The notes under the pieces were generated by a model. That model saw only the letters and a list, made by a program, of their open reading frames with translations. It was not told where the DNA came from and did not search any database. A DNA stretch of 64,000 bases, from assembly GCA_049799515.1 (NCBI GenBank), contig JBARIA010000067.1, positions 483 through 64,482 of the forward strand, in the 5' to 3' direction. This stretch comes from Candidatus Dormiibacterota bacterium (GTDB lineage: Bacteria; Chloroflexota; Dormibacteria; Aeolococcales; Bog-877). Positions 1-8,257 of this stretch are shown one piece after another (the first letter of the stretch is position 1; each line of letters opens with the position of its first letter). The position numbers were made by a program, and so were the translations under genes.

Positions 1-151
1 TGTACCCGGTCCCGCTGCCCGGGGTCTGGGCGAGCGCCGGCGCGGCCAACAGCCCAGTCATTGCCACGCCGAGGCTCAACCCGAGCGCAACACCTCCCAA
101 CCCCTTGGCCAGGCGGCGAACCGTGACCCCTCGTCGGCGGATCTCAGCCAA
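1..151 (-). CDS. partial CDS (5' end only): exported protein of unknown function with an N-terminal signal peptide
   Basis: Hand translation of the minus strand from TTG at 151, which overlaps the cpaF stop (cTTGgcTGA). It reads MAEIRRRGVTVRRLAKGLGGVALGLSLGVAMTGLLAAPALA/QTPGSGTGY: basic n-region, hydrophobic core, AxA site. It runs off the window edge and is too short for the ORF track. Confidence 0.35.
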   Translation of the reverse strand, partial: MAEIRRRGVTVRRLAKGLGGVALGLSLGVAMTGLLAAPALAQTPGSGTGY

Positions 152-1337
152 GACGCCTCTGCAGTGGCCCCGGGGGTGGAGTCGGCAGCTTGATCGCGGC
201 CACCTGATCGGTACGCCGATCCGGGAATAGTCTGGAGATCTCCGGGGGCACGGCAAGCCCCATGTCGAAGAGGCGGTCGAGGATCTGCGGCCTGACCCCG
301 GAGAGCTCGAAGGTGTTCTTCAGGTTGCCTTGCTGGTCCATGCCCTCGGCTCTCATGACAAAGATGTCCTGCATCGTGATGGTGTCGCCTTCCATGCCGA
401 CCACCTCGCTGATCGCGGTGATTCGGCGGCTGCCGTCACGGAGGCGGTTGAGCTGCACGATGATGTCGATGGCGCTGGCGACCTGCTGTCGGATTGCCTT
501 GGTCGGCAACTCGACCCCACCCATCAGCACCTGGGTCTCCAAGCGGGAGAGGCTGTCACGGGGGGTATTGGCGTGGACTGTGGTCATGGACCCATCGTGG
601 CCAGTGTTCATGGCCTGAAGCATGTCCAGGGCCTCACCGCCTCGGACCTCACCTACGATGATCCGGTCCGGGCGCATCCGGAGGGCATTGATAACCAGGT
701 CACGGATGTTGATCCGGCCCTCGCCCCTAACGTCCGGGGGACGCGACTCCAGCCGACAGACGTGCTCCTGGTGCATCTGCAACTCAGCAGCGTCCTCGAT
801 GGTGACGATCCGCTCATCGGGAGGGATGAACCCTGAACAGATGTTGAGCAGGGTGGTCTTACCGGCGCCGGTCCCTCCCGAGATGAGGATGTTCGCCCGA
901 GCCAGCACGCAGGCCTGCATGAAGGAGGCTCCCGCCTCGTCGATAGTGCCGAAGTGGATCAGGTCGGTGATCCGCAGGCGCTCCTTGGCGAACTTACGAA
1001 TGGTCAGGATGGGACCGTCGATGGCCACCGGAGGCACCACCGCGTTCACTCGGGAGCCGTCCAGAAGACGGGCGTCGCAGAGTGGCTGGCGCACGTCGAC
1101 CCGGCGACCCACGGCGGCGACGATCAGGTCGATCACCTTGAGCAGATGTTCGTTGTCGCGGAAGCGCACATCCGTGAGCACGATCTTGCCCTGGGCCTCC
1201 ACGTAGACCATGTCCGGTCCCACCACCATGATCTCCGTGAGACTGTCGTCTTCCACCAAAACCCGCAGCGGACCAAGGGCCTGGAGGTAGCCCTCCATGC
1301 CTTGCAGCCTCTCTTCTTCAGTAAGGACCGGACTCAT
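144..1337 (-). CDS. cpaF: CpaF/TadA-family Tad pilus secretion ATPase, paralog 2 (no N-terminal extension)
   Basis: 397-aa ORF with Walker A ISGGTGAGKTTLLN, Asp box/Walker B RIVTIEDAAEL and His box NTGHDGSMTTVHAN. It aligns along its whole length with the ATPase core of the 3762-5333 ORF. Confidence 0.9.
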   Translation of the reverse strand: MSPVLTEEERLQGMEGYLQALGPLRVLVEDDSLTEIMVVGPDMVYVEAQGKIVLTDVRFRDNEHLLKVIDLIVAAVGRRVDVRQPLCDARLLDGSRVNAVVPPVAIDGPILTIRKFAKERLRITDLIHFGTIDEAGASFMQACVLARANILISGGTGAGKTTLLNICSGFIPPDERIVTIEDAAELQMHQEHVCRLESRPPDVRGEGRINIRDLVINALRMRPDRIIVGEVRGGEALDMLQAMNTGHDGSMTTVHANTPRDSLSRLETQVLMGGVELPTKAIRQQVASAIDIIVQLNRLRDGSRRITAISEVVGMEGDTITMQDIFVMRAEGMDQQGNLKNTFELSGVRPQILDRLFDMGLAVPPEISRLFPDRRTDQVAAIKLPTPPPGPLQRRLG

Positions 1338-1340
1338 TGA

Positions 1341-1802
1341 CTACTCCCTGACACTGGAACTGAACACCGGCGACCCGGCGGCTGCCATCTCCGGGGCAAA
1401 CTCTGCCGAAGTCTGGGGCTCTGCCCCTATCTTGAGTTGATCGCCATCGCTGATCCCGTGCCGGCTCAGCGTGCCCGGGGACAACTCCAGCGCGCTGTGG
1501 GCGTGCCGAACCGGCAGCAGCTTGACCCGCCATTCCCGCATCTCCGGCACACAGCGGACCACTCGCAACTTCCGATCGAGGTAGACGATGTCCAGGGGGG
1601 TCCGCATGAAGAACATGTGAACACTGTTGCACGGCACCAACCACAGTCCCTCGTCGGGGTCGAGCTTGCTGCGCCCCATCAATCCCATCAGCCGAGACCC
1701 GAAGCTCCTCGCAACGGTGACGTCGCCGGCGACAACGGATCCGTCCGCGGTTCTGACCACGACCGACCGAGAATGCCGCCGGTCGGGATTAGTGCTGCTC
1801 AT
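1341..1802 (-). CDS. DUF192 (COG1430/UPF0127) family protein
   Basis: The track ORF is 217 aa, but its first 64 codons overlap tadC. ATG at 1802 (MSSTNPDRR) lies just after the tadC stop at 1807. The core GLMGRSKLDPDEGLWLVPCNSVHMFFMRTPLDIVYLD fits the DUF192 pattern. Confidence 0.7.
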   Translation of the reverse strand: MSSTNPDRRHSRSVVVRTADGSVVAGDVTVARSFGSRLMGLMGRSKLDPDEGLWLVPCNSVHMFFMRTPLDIVYLDRKLRVVRCVPEMREWRVKLLPVRHAHSALELSPGTLSRHGISDGDQLKIGAEPQTSAEFAPEMAAAGSPVFSSSVRE

Positions 1803-1806
1803 TGGG

Positions 1807-2730
1807 TCACGGTCCGACAGCTGGGAAAAACAGGTGGATGGCAGGCGGACCAAGCAAGATGATGAACAGCACCGGGAAGATGCAGCCGACCATCGGAAAC
1901 AGCATCTTGAGACTGGCCTGCTGGGCCTTTGCCTCCGCCTTCTGGCGGCGGCGACGGCGCATCTCGTCCGACTGGATGCGCAGGACCCGGGCAATACCTA
2001 CCCCCAGCTGATCAGATTGCACCAGGGCCTGAATGAATGAGGCGAGCTCCTGCACCCCGGCGCGTTTGCCCAGGTCTTCGAGCGCCTCGTGGCGGGGCCG
2101 CCCCAACCGGATCTCGTTGAGCACGAAGGCGAACTCGCGGGAGAGAGCATTGTCGAACTTCTCGATGACCCGGGCCAGAGCCGCGTCAAATGCCAGACCA
2201 GCCTCGACACTGATGCAGAGTAGGTCGAGGGCGTTCGGCAGGGCCAGGGTAATCTCCTTCTGCCGGGCACTGACGATCCGCTTGAGCTGGTACTGCGGTC
2301 CGATGTACCCCAGGACGGCGCCGAAGATGAGTCCCAGGAACCAGGGCAGGTTGAGCAGGAGGGCCAGGCCGATTCCGACCACTCCGATCACCACCGCCAG
2401 AACTATCTGAGCGGCCACGAAGCTGCCGGCGTTCATCCCCATGGGCCGGCCGGCCAGGTCGATCAGAGCCTGGAGTTTCTGGGCTCGGTCCTTCGGCTGC
2501 AGAGAGGTGACCCGGCGCCCAATGCGGTCGAAGAACGGTCGCAGGAAACGCTCGCTGAAAGGCAGGCTCATCTCGATCTCGTCGAGAGTCCGCGGTGCGG
2601 TCGGCTCGTCGTACACGGCTAGGCGAGCGTCGAGCAGGTTCACCTGTGGTTGGCGCTTGATCAGACCCGCAAAGATGGTGAAGACAGCGGCGGCAGCGAT
2701 GATGCCGACGATCAGCGCTTCATAGGACAT
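1807..2730 (-). CDS. tadC: Tad pilus inner-membrane platform protein TadC (type II secretion system F family)
   Basis: 307 aa with N- and C-terminal hydrophobic segments. T2SSF-type cytoplasmic domain (LPNALDLLCISVEAGLAFDAALARV). It follows tadB with a 3-nt gap. Confidence 0.85.
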   Translation of the reverse strand: MSYEALIVGIIAAAAVFTIFAGLIKRQPQVNLLDARLAVYDEPTAPRTLDEIEMSLPFSERFLRPFFDRIGRRVTSLQPKDRAQKLQALIDLAGRPMGMNAGSFVAAQIVLAVVIGVVGIGLALLLNLPWFLGLIFGAVLGYIGPQYQLKRIVSARQKEITLALPNALDLLCISVEAGLAFDAALARVIEKFDNALSREFAFVLNEIRLGRPRHEALEDLGKRAGVQELASFIQALVQSDQLGVGIARVLRIQSDEMRRRRRQKAEAKAQQASLKMLFPMVGCIFPVLFIILLGPPAIHLFFPAVGP

Positions 2731-2733
2731 CGA

Positions 2734-3765
2734 TCAGACCTCGATGTTGGCGATGCGTTGCATTATGTAGAAGGCGAACGAGATCGATATCACGCAGCCG
2801 ATCAGAATGTACGGTCCCGGCCCCGCGAAGGAGAGCAGCGGTGAGATGTAGGTGGGGTTGATCGCCTCCAGGATCAGCGCCAACCCGATCGGAAGTCCGG
2901 TGATGATGAAACTGGAGGCCCGTGCCTGCGCGGTTAGCGTCTTGATCTCGCCCTTGATCCGGATGCGCTCGCGGATAGTGAAGGCGATGTTGTCGAAGAT
3001 CTCGGCCAGGTTGCCGCCCACCACCCGCTGAATCTGGACGGCGGTCACCACCAGATCCAGGTCGTCGGATCGGATCCGGTTGACCATGTGGGAGAGCGCC
3101 GCATCAGTGGTCACTCCCAGCTGCACCTCGCGGGTGGCCCGGGCAAACTCCTCGGCGGTCGGAGGAGGCGCTGAGCGCGCGATGCTCGCCATCGCCTGGG
3201 GAAAGCTGTAACCGGCCTTGAGCGCGTTGCTCAGCAGGATCAGGGTATCTCCGAGTTGGCCGTTGAACCGAGAGAGACGCCGACTGGTACGCACGCGCAG
3301 CACGATCGGAGGGATGAAGATACCGACCACCGCCAGGATGGCCGCGAAGATCAGGCTCCGGTAGAGGGCCAGGCCAATCAGGGCCAGCACCACCACCACG
3401 CCCAGCCGAATCAGGTACCACTCCGCCGGTCGGAGCTTGACATCCGCCCTCGCCAACGACTCCGCGACCTGCGCTGACCGTGGCCGCTGGGCGACTCCCG
3501 CAGCCTGACTTCCACCCTCCACCTGCCGGCGCAGGCGTGCGAGCAGGCGCTGGGCCCGGTCCCGCAGGCCGCCGCCGGAGTCTCCGAATTCGTCGTCACT
3601 CGGCACCGAGACCGCCATGCCTGCCCCGGCCTCGGCGAACCGGCGCACCCGCTCGTCCAGCTCGCCTCCCTTGTCTCGCGAACGCCAGGTGGCGAGCAGG
3701 TAGGCAATCGCTCCGCCCAAGGCCACGGCACCGACCCCGTCCAGGACCAGCACTAGAACATTCAT
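2734..3765 (-). CDS. tadB: Tad pilus inner-membrane platform protein TadB (type II secretion system F family)
   Basis: 343 aa, N-terminal TM, T2SSF domain (LSNALKAGYSFPQAMASIAR ... EVQLGVTTDAAL), C-terminal TMs. 4-nt overlap with the cpaF stop. Confidence 0.85.
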   Translation of the reverse strand: MNVLVLVLDGVGAVALGGAIAYLLATWRSRDKGGELDERVRRFAEAGAGMAVSVPSDDEFGDSGGGLRDRAQRLLARLRRQVEGGSQAAGVAQRPRSAQVAESLARADVKLRPAEWYLIRLGVVVVLALIGLALYRSLIFAAILAVVGIFIPPIVLRVRTSRRLSRFNGQLGDTLILLSNALKAGYSFPQAMASIARSAPPPTAEEFARATREVQLGVTTDAALSHMVNRIRSDDLDLVVTAVQIQRVVGGNLAEIFDNIAFTIRERIRIKGEIKTLTAQARASSFIITGLPIGLALILEAINPTYISPLLSFAGPGPYILIGCVISISFAFYIMQRIANIEV

Positions 3766-5333
3766 GCGGCGGTCTCTCCTGCTGGTGCTTTGATCTTATG
3801 AGGAGGCGCAAATATCGACTCATCCACTCCCTCGCCGGCGGCGACCAGGTCCTCGAGGCGCTTGGGAACCTGCACGGCTTCGAATTGACCAATCACCATG
3901 CCTTGGTCGTCGACGCCCTTCTGTCGGTACTGGAAGATGTCCGCCAGTTCGACCCGCTCGCCGTCGAAACCGCGCACCTCCGAGATGGCGATGATGCGAC
4001 GGGTGCCGTCGCGGAGACGGGCCTGCTGGACCACCAGATGGATGGCGGCGGCGATCTGCTCGCGGATTGCCCGCGAGGGCAGGTCGGTGCCGGCCATCAG
4101 GGTCATGGTCTCGAGGCGAGTCAGCGCGTCAGCTGGACTGTTGGCGTGGACTGTGGTCAACGACCCGTCATGACCGGTGTTCATCGCCTGGAGCATGTCC
4201 AGGGCTTCACCGCCTCGGCACTCACCCACTACGATCCGGTCCGGTCGCATCCGCAGGCTGTTGATGACCAGATCGCGAATGCTGACCCGGCCCCGCCCCT
4301 CGATGTTGGAGGGTCGGGACTCAAGCGTCACCACGTGGTCCTGGCGCAGCTGCAACTCAGCTGCGTCCTCGATGGTGATGATCCGCTCGTCGTCGGGGAT
4401 CCATCCGGAGAGCACGTTGAGCGTGGTCGTCTTTCCGGAGCCGGTCCCTCCCGAGATCAGAACATTGAGACGGGCCCGAACGCAGGCCCGGATGAAGTCC
4501 GCCATATCGGCGGTGAGAGTGCCGAACTTGATGAGGTCCTCGACCGTGTACGGATCCTTGGAGAATCGCCGTATCGTCAGGGTTGGACCCTGCAATGCCA
4601 GCGGCGGGATGATCACATTCACCCGGGAGCCGTCCTTGAGGCGGGCGTCCACCATCGGCGAACTCTCATCGACCCGGCGTCCGATCGAGCTCACGATTCG
4701 GTCGATGATCTGCATCAGGTGATCGGTGTTATCGAACTTGGCCGGGTAGCGGTGGATCCGTCCTTGGCGCTCGACGTAAACGTCGTCCGGACCGTTGATC
4801 ATGATCTCGCTGATGTCCGGGTCCTTGAGGATCATCTCCAGCGGGCCCAAGCCGAGGACGTCACTGATCAGTTGCTCTACTATCCGCTGCCGGTCGGTGC
4901 GGGTGATCGAGATGCTCATCTCTTCCAGCACCGTGTTGCAGAGCTCGCCGATCTTGGCCACCAACCGCTCCCTGGGCGCTTTGGAAACGTCGGTGTACTC
5001 CTCTAGCAGGGCTTGGGTGACCCGGGCCTTGATCGACATGTACTGGGGGTGATGGGCGGCCCGTGGCTCAGGGGTGGCTGAGGGGTTGTCCCTAGCCGAC
5101 GAAGACCGCTCCCGCCACCCCGGGGACTTGGTCGCTGGGGCAGGGGCCGCCGCTGCCTGGGATTTGCCCGCGGCCAGGGCGGCCGCCAGCCGGGAGGGAG
5201 GCGCTGAAGCGGGAGCAGCAGCCGGCGCCGCCTCGCGGGCCTTGGGCTGCTCTTCAGTTTTTGGGGCGGCAGCCGGAGGGGTAGCCTCCGGCTCCGAGTC
5301 GCCCTTGGTCCTAACTCGTTCCAGCAGTGACAT
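3762..5333 (-). CDS. cpaF: CpaF/TadA-family Tad pilus secretion ATPase, paralog 1, with ~130-aa Ala/Pro-rich N-terminal extension
   Basis: 523 aa. The C-terminal ~390 aa carry ISGGTGSGKTTTLN, IITIEDAAEL and NTGHDGSLTTVHAN. The N-terminus is low complexity (PPAAAPKTEEQPKAREAAPAAAPASAPP...). Confidence 0.92.
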   Translation of the reverse strand: MSLLERVRTKGDSEPEATPPAAAPKTEEQPKAREAAPAAAPASAPPSRLAAALAAGKSQAAAAPAPATKSPGWRERSSSARDNPSATPEPRAAHHPQYMSIKARVTQALLEEYTDVSKAPRERLVAKIGELCNTVLEEMSISITRTDRQRIVEQLISDVLGLGPLEMILKDPDISEIMINGPDDVYVERQGRIHRYPAKFDNTDHLMQIIDRIVSSIGRRVDESSPMVDARLKDGSRVNVIIPPLALQGPTLTIRRFSKDPYTVEDLIKFGTLTADMADFIRACVRARLNVLISGGTGSGKTTTLNVLSGWIPDDERIITIEDAAELQLRQDHVVTLESRPSNIEGRGRVSIRDLVINSLRMRPDRIVVGECRGGEALDMLQAMNTGHDGSLTTVHANSPADALTRLETMTLMAGTDLPSRAIREQIAAAIHLVVQQARLRDGTRRIIAISEVRGFDGERVELADIFQYRQKGVDDQGMVIGQFEAVQVPKRLEDLVAAGEGVDESIFAPPHKIKAPAGETAA

Positions 5334-5359
5334 GGCTCTGCAGTACCCCTAGCCTGAAC

Positions 5360-6619
5360 CTAGCGCCTGCGCCCGAAGCGCCGGGCTGTAGTCGGCTTGG
5401 TCTCGGTTTTGACTTCCGACTGAACCACGCCTGCCGGGGCAAGACTGCGGGCCAGACTGCGGAAGAGCAGCGAGATGTCCGATTCCGGGTGCGAGACGAC
5501 CAGCGGGATCGCCCGATGGATCGAGCCCCCCACCAGGCGGGGCTCAGACGGGATCTGGAGCGTGACCGGAAACCTCAGGTTGCGTTCGATGCTGGCCGAG
5601 TCATATACAGCATGCGCGTCATGGGCGTTGACCGCGACCATGACCCGCGTGCGGTCGACCTTGAGCGACTCCAGCATCTTGAGCATCAGGCGGGTGTCCT
5701 TAATCGCAGGGATGGTGAGCTCTCCGACCACGATTACGTGGTCGGCCAACTCGGTTGCTTCGAGAGTAGCCTCCGACAGTTGGCTGCCACTGTCCACGAC
5801 GACATAGTCAAACTCTCGTCGCAGAACGTCTACGATGGCGCGCACGTTCTCTGCCCGGACCAGGTCGCCGAATTCCGGGCTGAACGGGCCCAGGAGCACC
5901 CGGATCCCTTCGGGGCCGTCGGCCAGGATGTCGTCCACGAACTCCCAGTCCAGGGCACTCTCGCTGTCGACCAGTTCGGTGATGGTCTTGGCGTGGTCCA
6001 AGTTGAGCATCACCCCGACATCCCCGAACTGGAGGTCGAGATCCACCAGGCAGACTCGGCCCCCGGTTTCTAGCTTCAGAGCCGCGGCCAGATTGACCGC
6101 CACGAAGGTCTTGCCACAGCCACCCTTGCCACTCATAACCAGGCAGAGCTGGCAGCCCTGCGGGGGCGGCTCACCACTCTCCACCGGAGTCGGAGGCTGC
6201 CGGGCCAGGTATGAGCCCTTCTTCTCCTCCATCTCGTAGACCCGCCGGATGCTGGAGACCAGCTCGTCGCCGGTGAAGGGCTTGATGAGGAACTCTCGGG
6301 CACCCGATTGCATGGCCCGGCGCAGGTAGTCCCGCTCTCCCTGAACGGACATGATCACTACCGGGGAATTGGGGGACTCGACGGCCAGGGTCTCCGTCGC
6401 GGCGATCCCGTCCATCCCCGGCATGTTGACGTCCATCAGCACCACGTGGGGTGCCAGTTGCCTAGTGACGTCGATACCGGTCCGGCCATCGCCAGCCGTC
6501 CCGACGACCTCGATGTCCTCCTCGAAGGAGAGCAGCTTCTTGAGGTTCTCTCGGGTGCTGGCGATGTCGTCGACCACCACCACGCGGATCACCGACTTGC
6601 CCGCAACAGTGCTGGCCAC
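5360..6619 (-). CDS. cpaE: response-regulator receiver domain fused to CpaE/TadZ-type MinD/ParA ATPase (Flp pilus assembly)
   Basis: 419 aa. The REC domain has VVVVDD, LMDVNMPGMDG, VIMSV and LIKPF. It is followed by a deviant Walker A, VMSGKGGCGKTFVAVNLA. The gene lies between cpaB and cpaF. Confidence 0.88.
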   Translation of the reverse strand: MASTVAGKSVIRVVVVDDIASTRENLKKLLSFEEDIEVVGTAGDGRTGIDVTRQLAPHVVLMDVNMPGMDGIAATETLAVESPNSPVVIMSVQGERDYLRRAMQSGAREFLIKPFTGDELVSSIRRVYEMEEKKGSYLARQPPTPVESGEPPPQGCQLCLVMSGKGGCGKTFVAVNLAAALKLETGGRVCLVDLDLQFGDVGVMLNLDHAKTITELVDSESALDWEFVDDILADGPEGIRVLLGPFSPEFGDLVRAENVRAIVDVLRREFDYVVVDSGSQLSEATLEATELADHVIVVGELTIPAIKDTRLMLKMLESLKVDRTRVMVAVNAHDAHAVYDSASIERNLRFPVTLQIPSEPRLVGGSIHRAIPLVVSHPESDISLLFRSLARSLAPAGVVQSEVKTETKPTTARRFGRRR

Positions 6620-6653
6620 GGTCTACCGGCTAATCCTGAGCTGGCCTCGTCCC

Positions 6654-7826
6654 TCAATCACTATCGGTGGAGCCGCTGCTGCTGAACCCAAACAGGTTCT
6701 GCAGCATCTGCGAACTCCCCGTGTTGTTGCCTGCTGACGACGACGAGCTCGCAGCCGCCGTGGCGCCGCAGTACAGGACGGCCTGGTCCGAAGCGAGTTC
6801 GTTCTGAGCTTCGATCAGCGCGAACTGGTCCTGGGCCAGAGTGGACGCGTCGGAGAGCACCTGAGCCTTGGCAGTCTGGACGGCCGATCCGTCGCCGGTC
6901 AGGCTCTGGAGTGCGGTGTTGTCCTTGTTGTACTGCTTGTGGGCGGTGTTATACGTGGTCGTGGCCGCGGTCACCGCCTGCTGCGACTGTTGCAGGTCCT
7001 CTTGGATGATCGGGTTGACCGTGCTCCCGGCCACGCAGGCCTGGGTGTACTCGTCCGCTGGCGTCGAAGTGATCGGGATGTAGCCGTGGCCGTCGTCCGA
7101 GCTTGCTCGCAGGACGATGGTGTAGATCGAGCCGTTCTTAACCATCTCACTCACACCCAGCGCCTGGCTGCGAGTCAGCTGGAGGACGATCAGCCCACCA
7201 CCCGAAGAGCTGCTTGACGCCCCAGCGGTGGTCGACGGCGAGCCGATGCTGATGACCGGAAGGTCCTCGTAGGTGAACTGGGTGTCGCCATTGCTTTCAG
7301 AGCCGATGATGTCGATGCGATCTCCCACCTGGAGATAGCCCGCCACCGCCTCCTGGGCAGTGATCGGAATCGCCATCGCCACCTCGCCAGCGGGCAAATT
7401 AAGATTGCCGAAGGTTGGCGACTGGGTCGCCTTATTAACGGACACCAAGTTCTGGGTGATCAGCGTATTAGGCGCAATCGGCACAACCGCGTAGTAGTCG
7501 GAGGCGCTGGTAGAAGCCGACTGTGACGCCGAGACTCCCGCAGTTGTCGCACACGTCGCACGCACCAGTTGCTGGCACGAAGTGTAGGTATCGGCTGGAA
7601 GCAGACCCTTGATCCGGGTTTCCTCGAGCATGCCTGCGGTGATCAGCGTGCCGCTGGGGATCGAGACCTTCGCGACCACCACCAACTGTCCGTTGGTAGG
7701 AGCTTGTGGAGTGGTGGAAACGTTGGCGCGAGTGAAGTAGTAAGCCGCGCCGAACGCGAAGATCGCGAGGATCAGCCCTACGGCGATCCAGACCTGATTG
7801 ACCCGTCCTTTCAAATCGGTCGTCAC
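6654..7826 (-). CDS. cpaB: Flp pilus assembly protein CpaB/RcpC (SAF domain) with long C-terminal coiled-coil and Ser-rich extension
   Basis: 390 aa. N-terminal TM (VWIAVGLILAIFAFGAAYYF), SAF-like segment VVVAKVSIPSGTLITAGMLEE, and RcpC-like segment AGEVAMAIPITAQEAVAGYLQVGDRIDIIG. The last ~130 aa are Gln/Ala/Ser-rich. Confidence 0.8.
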   Translation of the reverse strand: MTTDLKGRVNQVWIAVGLILAIFAFGAAYYFTRANVSTTPQAPTNGQLVVVAKVSIPSGTLITAGMLEETRIKGLLPADTYTSCQQLVRATCATTAGVSASQSASTSASDYYAVVPIAPNTLITQNLVSVNKATQSPTFGNLNLPAGEVAMAIPITAQEAVAGYLQVGDRIDIIGSESNGDTQFTYEDLPVISIGSPSTTAGASSSSSGGGLIVLQLTRSQALGVSEMVKNGSIYTIVLRASSDDGHGYIPITSTPADEYTQACVAGSTVNPIIQEDLQQSQQAVTAATTTYNTAHKQYNKDNTALQSLTGDGSAVQTAKAQVLSDASTLAQDQFALIEAQNELASDQAVLYCGATAAASSSSSAGNNTGSSQMLQNLFGFSSSGSTDSD

Positions 7827-7885
7827 CGTCGAAACCCTCCGAAGGAAAACCGCGGGCCCCGGGGCCGTTGGGTGGATTGAACAAG

Positions 7886-7912
7886 TGCGCGGCGGGTCTC
7901 CCCGCCGCGCGC
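7886..7912 (-). terminator. GC-rich stem-loop just downstream of flp (candidate attenuator or partial terminator)
   Basis: GCGCGGCGGG-TCTC-CCCGCCGCGC, a 10-bp perfect stem at 7887-7910, 17 nt after the flp stop. On the minus strand it is followed by ACUUGUUCAAUCC, a weak U tract. Confidence 0.45.
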
Positions 7913-7926
7913 TTGAGTGCTACGAA

Positions 7927-8130
7927 TCAGCCGCTAAGACCGCCGTTGATGTTAGAGAAAACGTCGCTGACGCGATGTCCCACCACAGTGAGGATAACGA
8001 TGACAACGATCGCGATCAGCACCAGGATCAACGCGTACTCGACCATCCCCTGGCCCTCTTCGTCCGAGTTCCGGTGCGAAACTACCTGACCAAGCCGGTC
8101 ACGCAGCCGTACGTACCAAGATCCGAGCAT
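7927..8130 (-). CDS. flp: Flp/Fap family type IVb prepilin
   Basis: 67 aa. Flp motif ...SDEEG/QGMVEYALILVLIAIVVIVILTVVG (G-x4-EY followed by a hydrophobic helix). Strong SD AAGGAGGA upstream of the ATG. Confidence 0.9.
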   Translation of the reverse strand: MLGSWYVRLRDRLGQVVSHRNSDEEGQGMVEYALILVLIAIVVIVILTVVGHRVSDVFSNINGGLSG

Positions 8131-8257
8131 TCCTTCTATTCCTCCTTACCGTTCGAAAACTAGGAATGTGAATCCCTAGGCCTAGCGATGGCAGGCGGAG
8201 TATATGGTGAGATGGACCGCAATTCGTGTAACCGCTCGGTAACTTTCCTGTCAGGAG

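Noticed and set aside
3480-5006. 508-aa plus-strand ORF antisense to cpaF. Similar long antisense or alternate-frame ORFs occur at 622-1206, 9426-10721, 12624-14030, 17730-18689, 42747-43340 and 55183-55830.
   Set aside because: They have Arg/Pro/Gly/Ala-rich, domain-free translations and fully overlap genes with clear family signatures. They are typical open-frame artefacts of high-GC DNA.
8131-8257. Promoter elements upstream of flp (for example TATACT with TTGCGG or TTACAC)
   Set aside because: The spacings (12 or 21 nt) do not fit a sigma-70-type promoter, so I could not place a -35/-10 pair with confidence.
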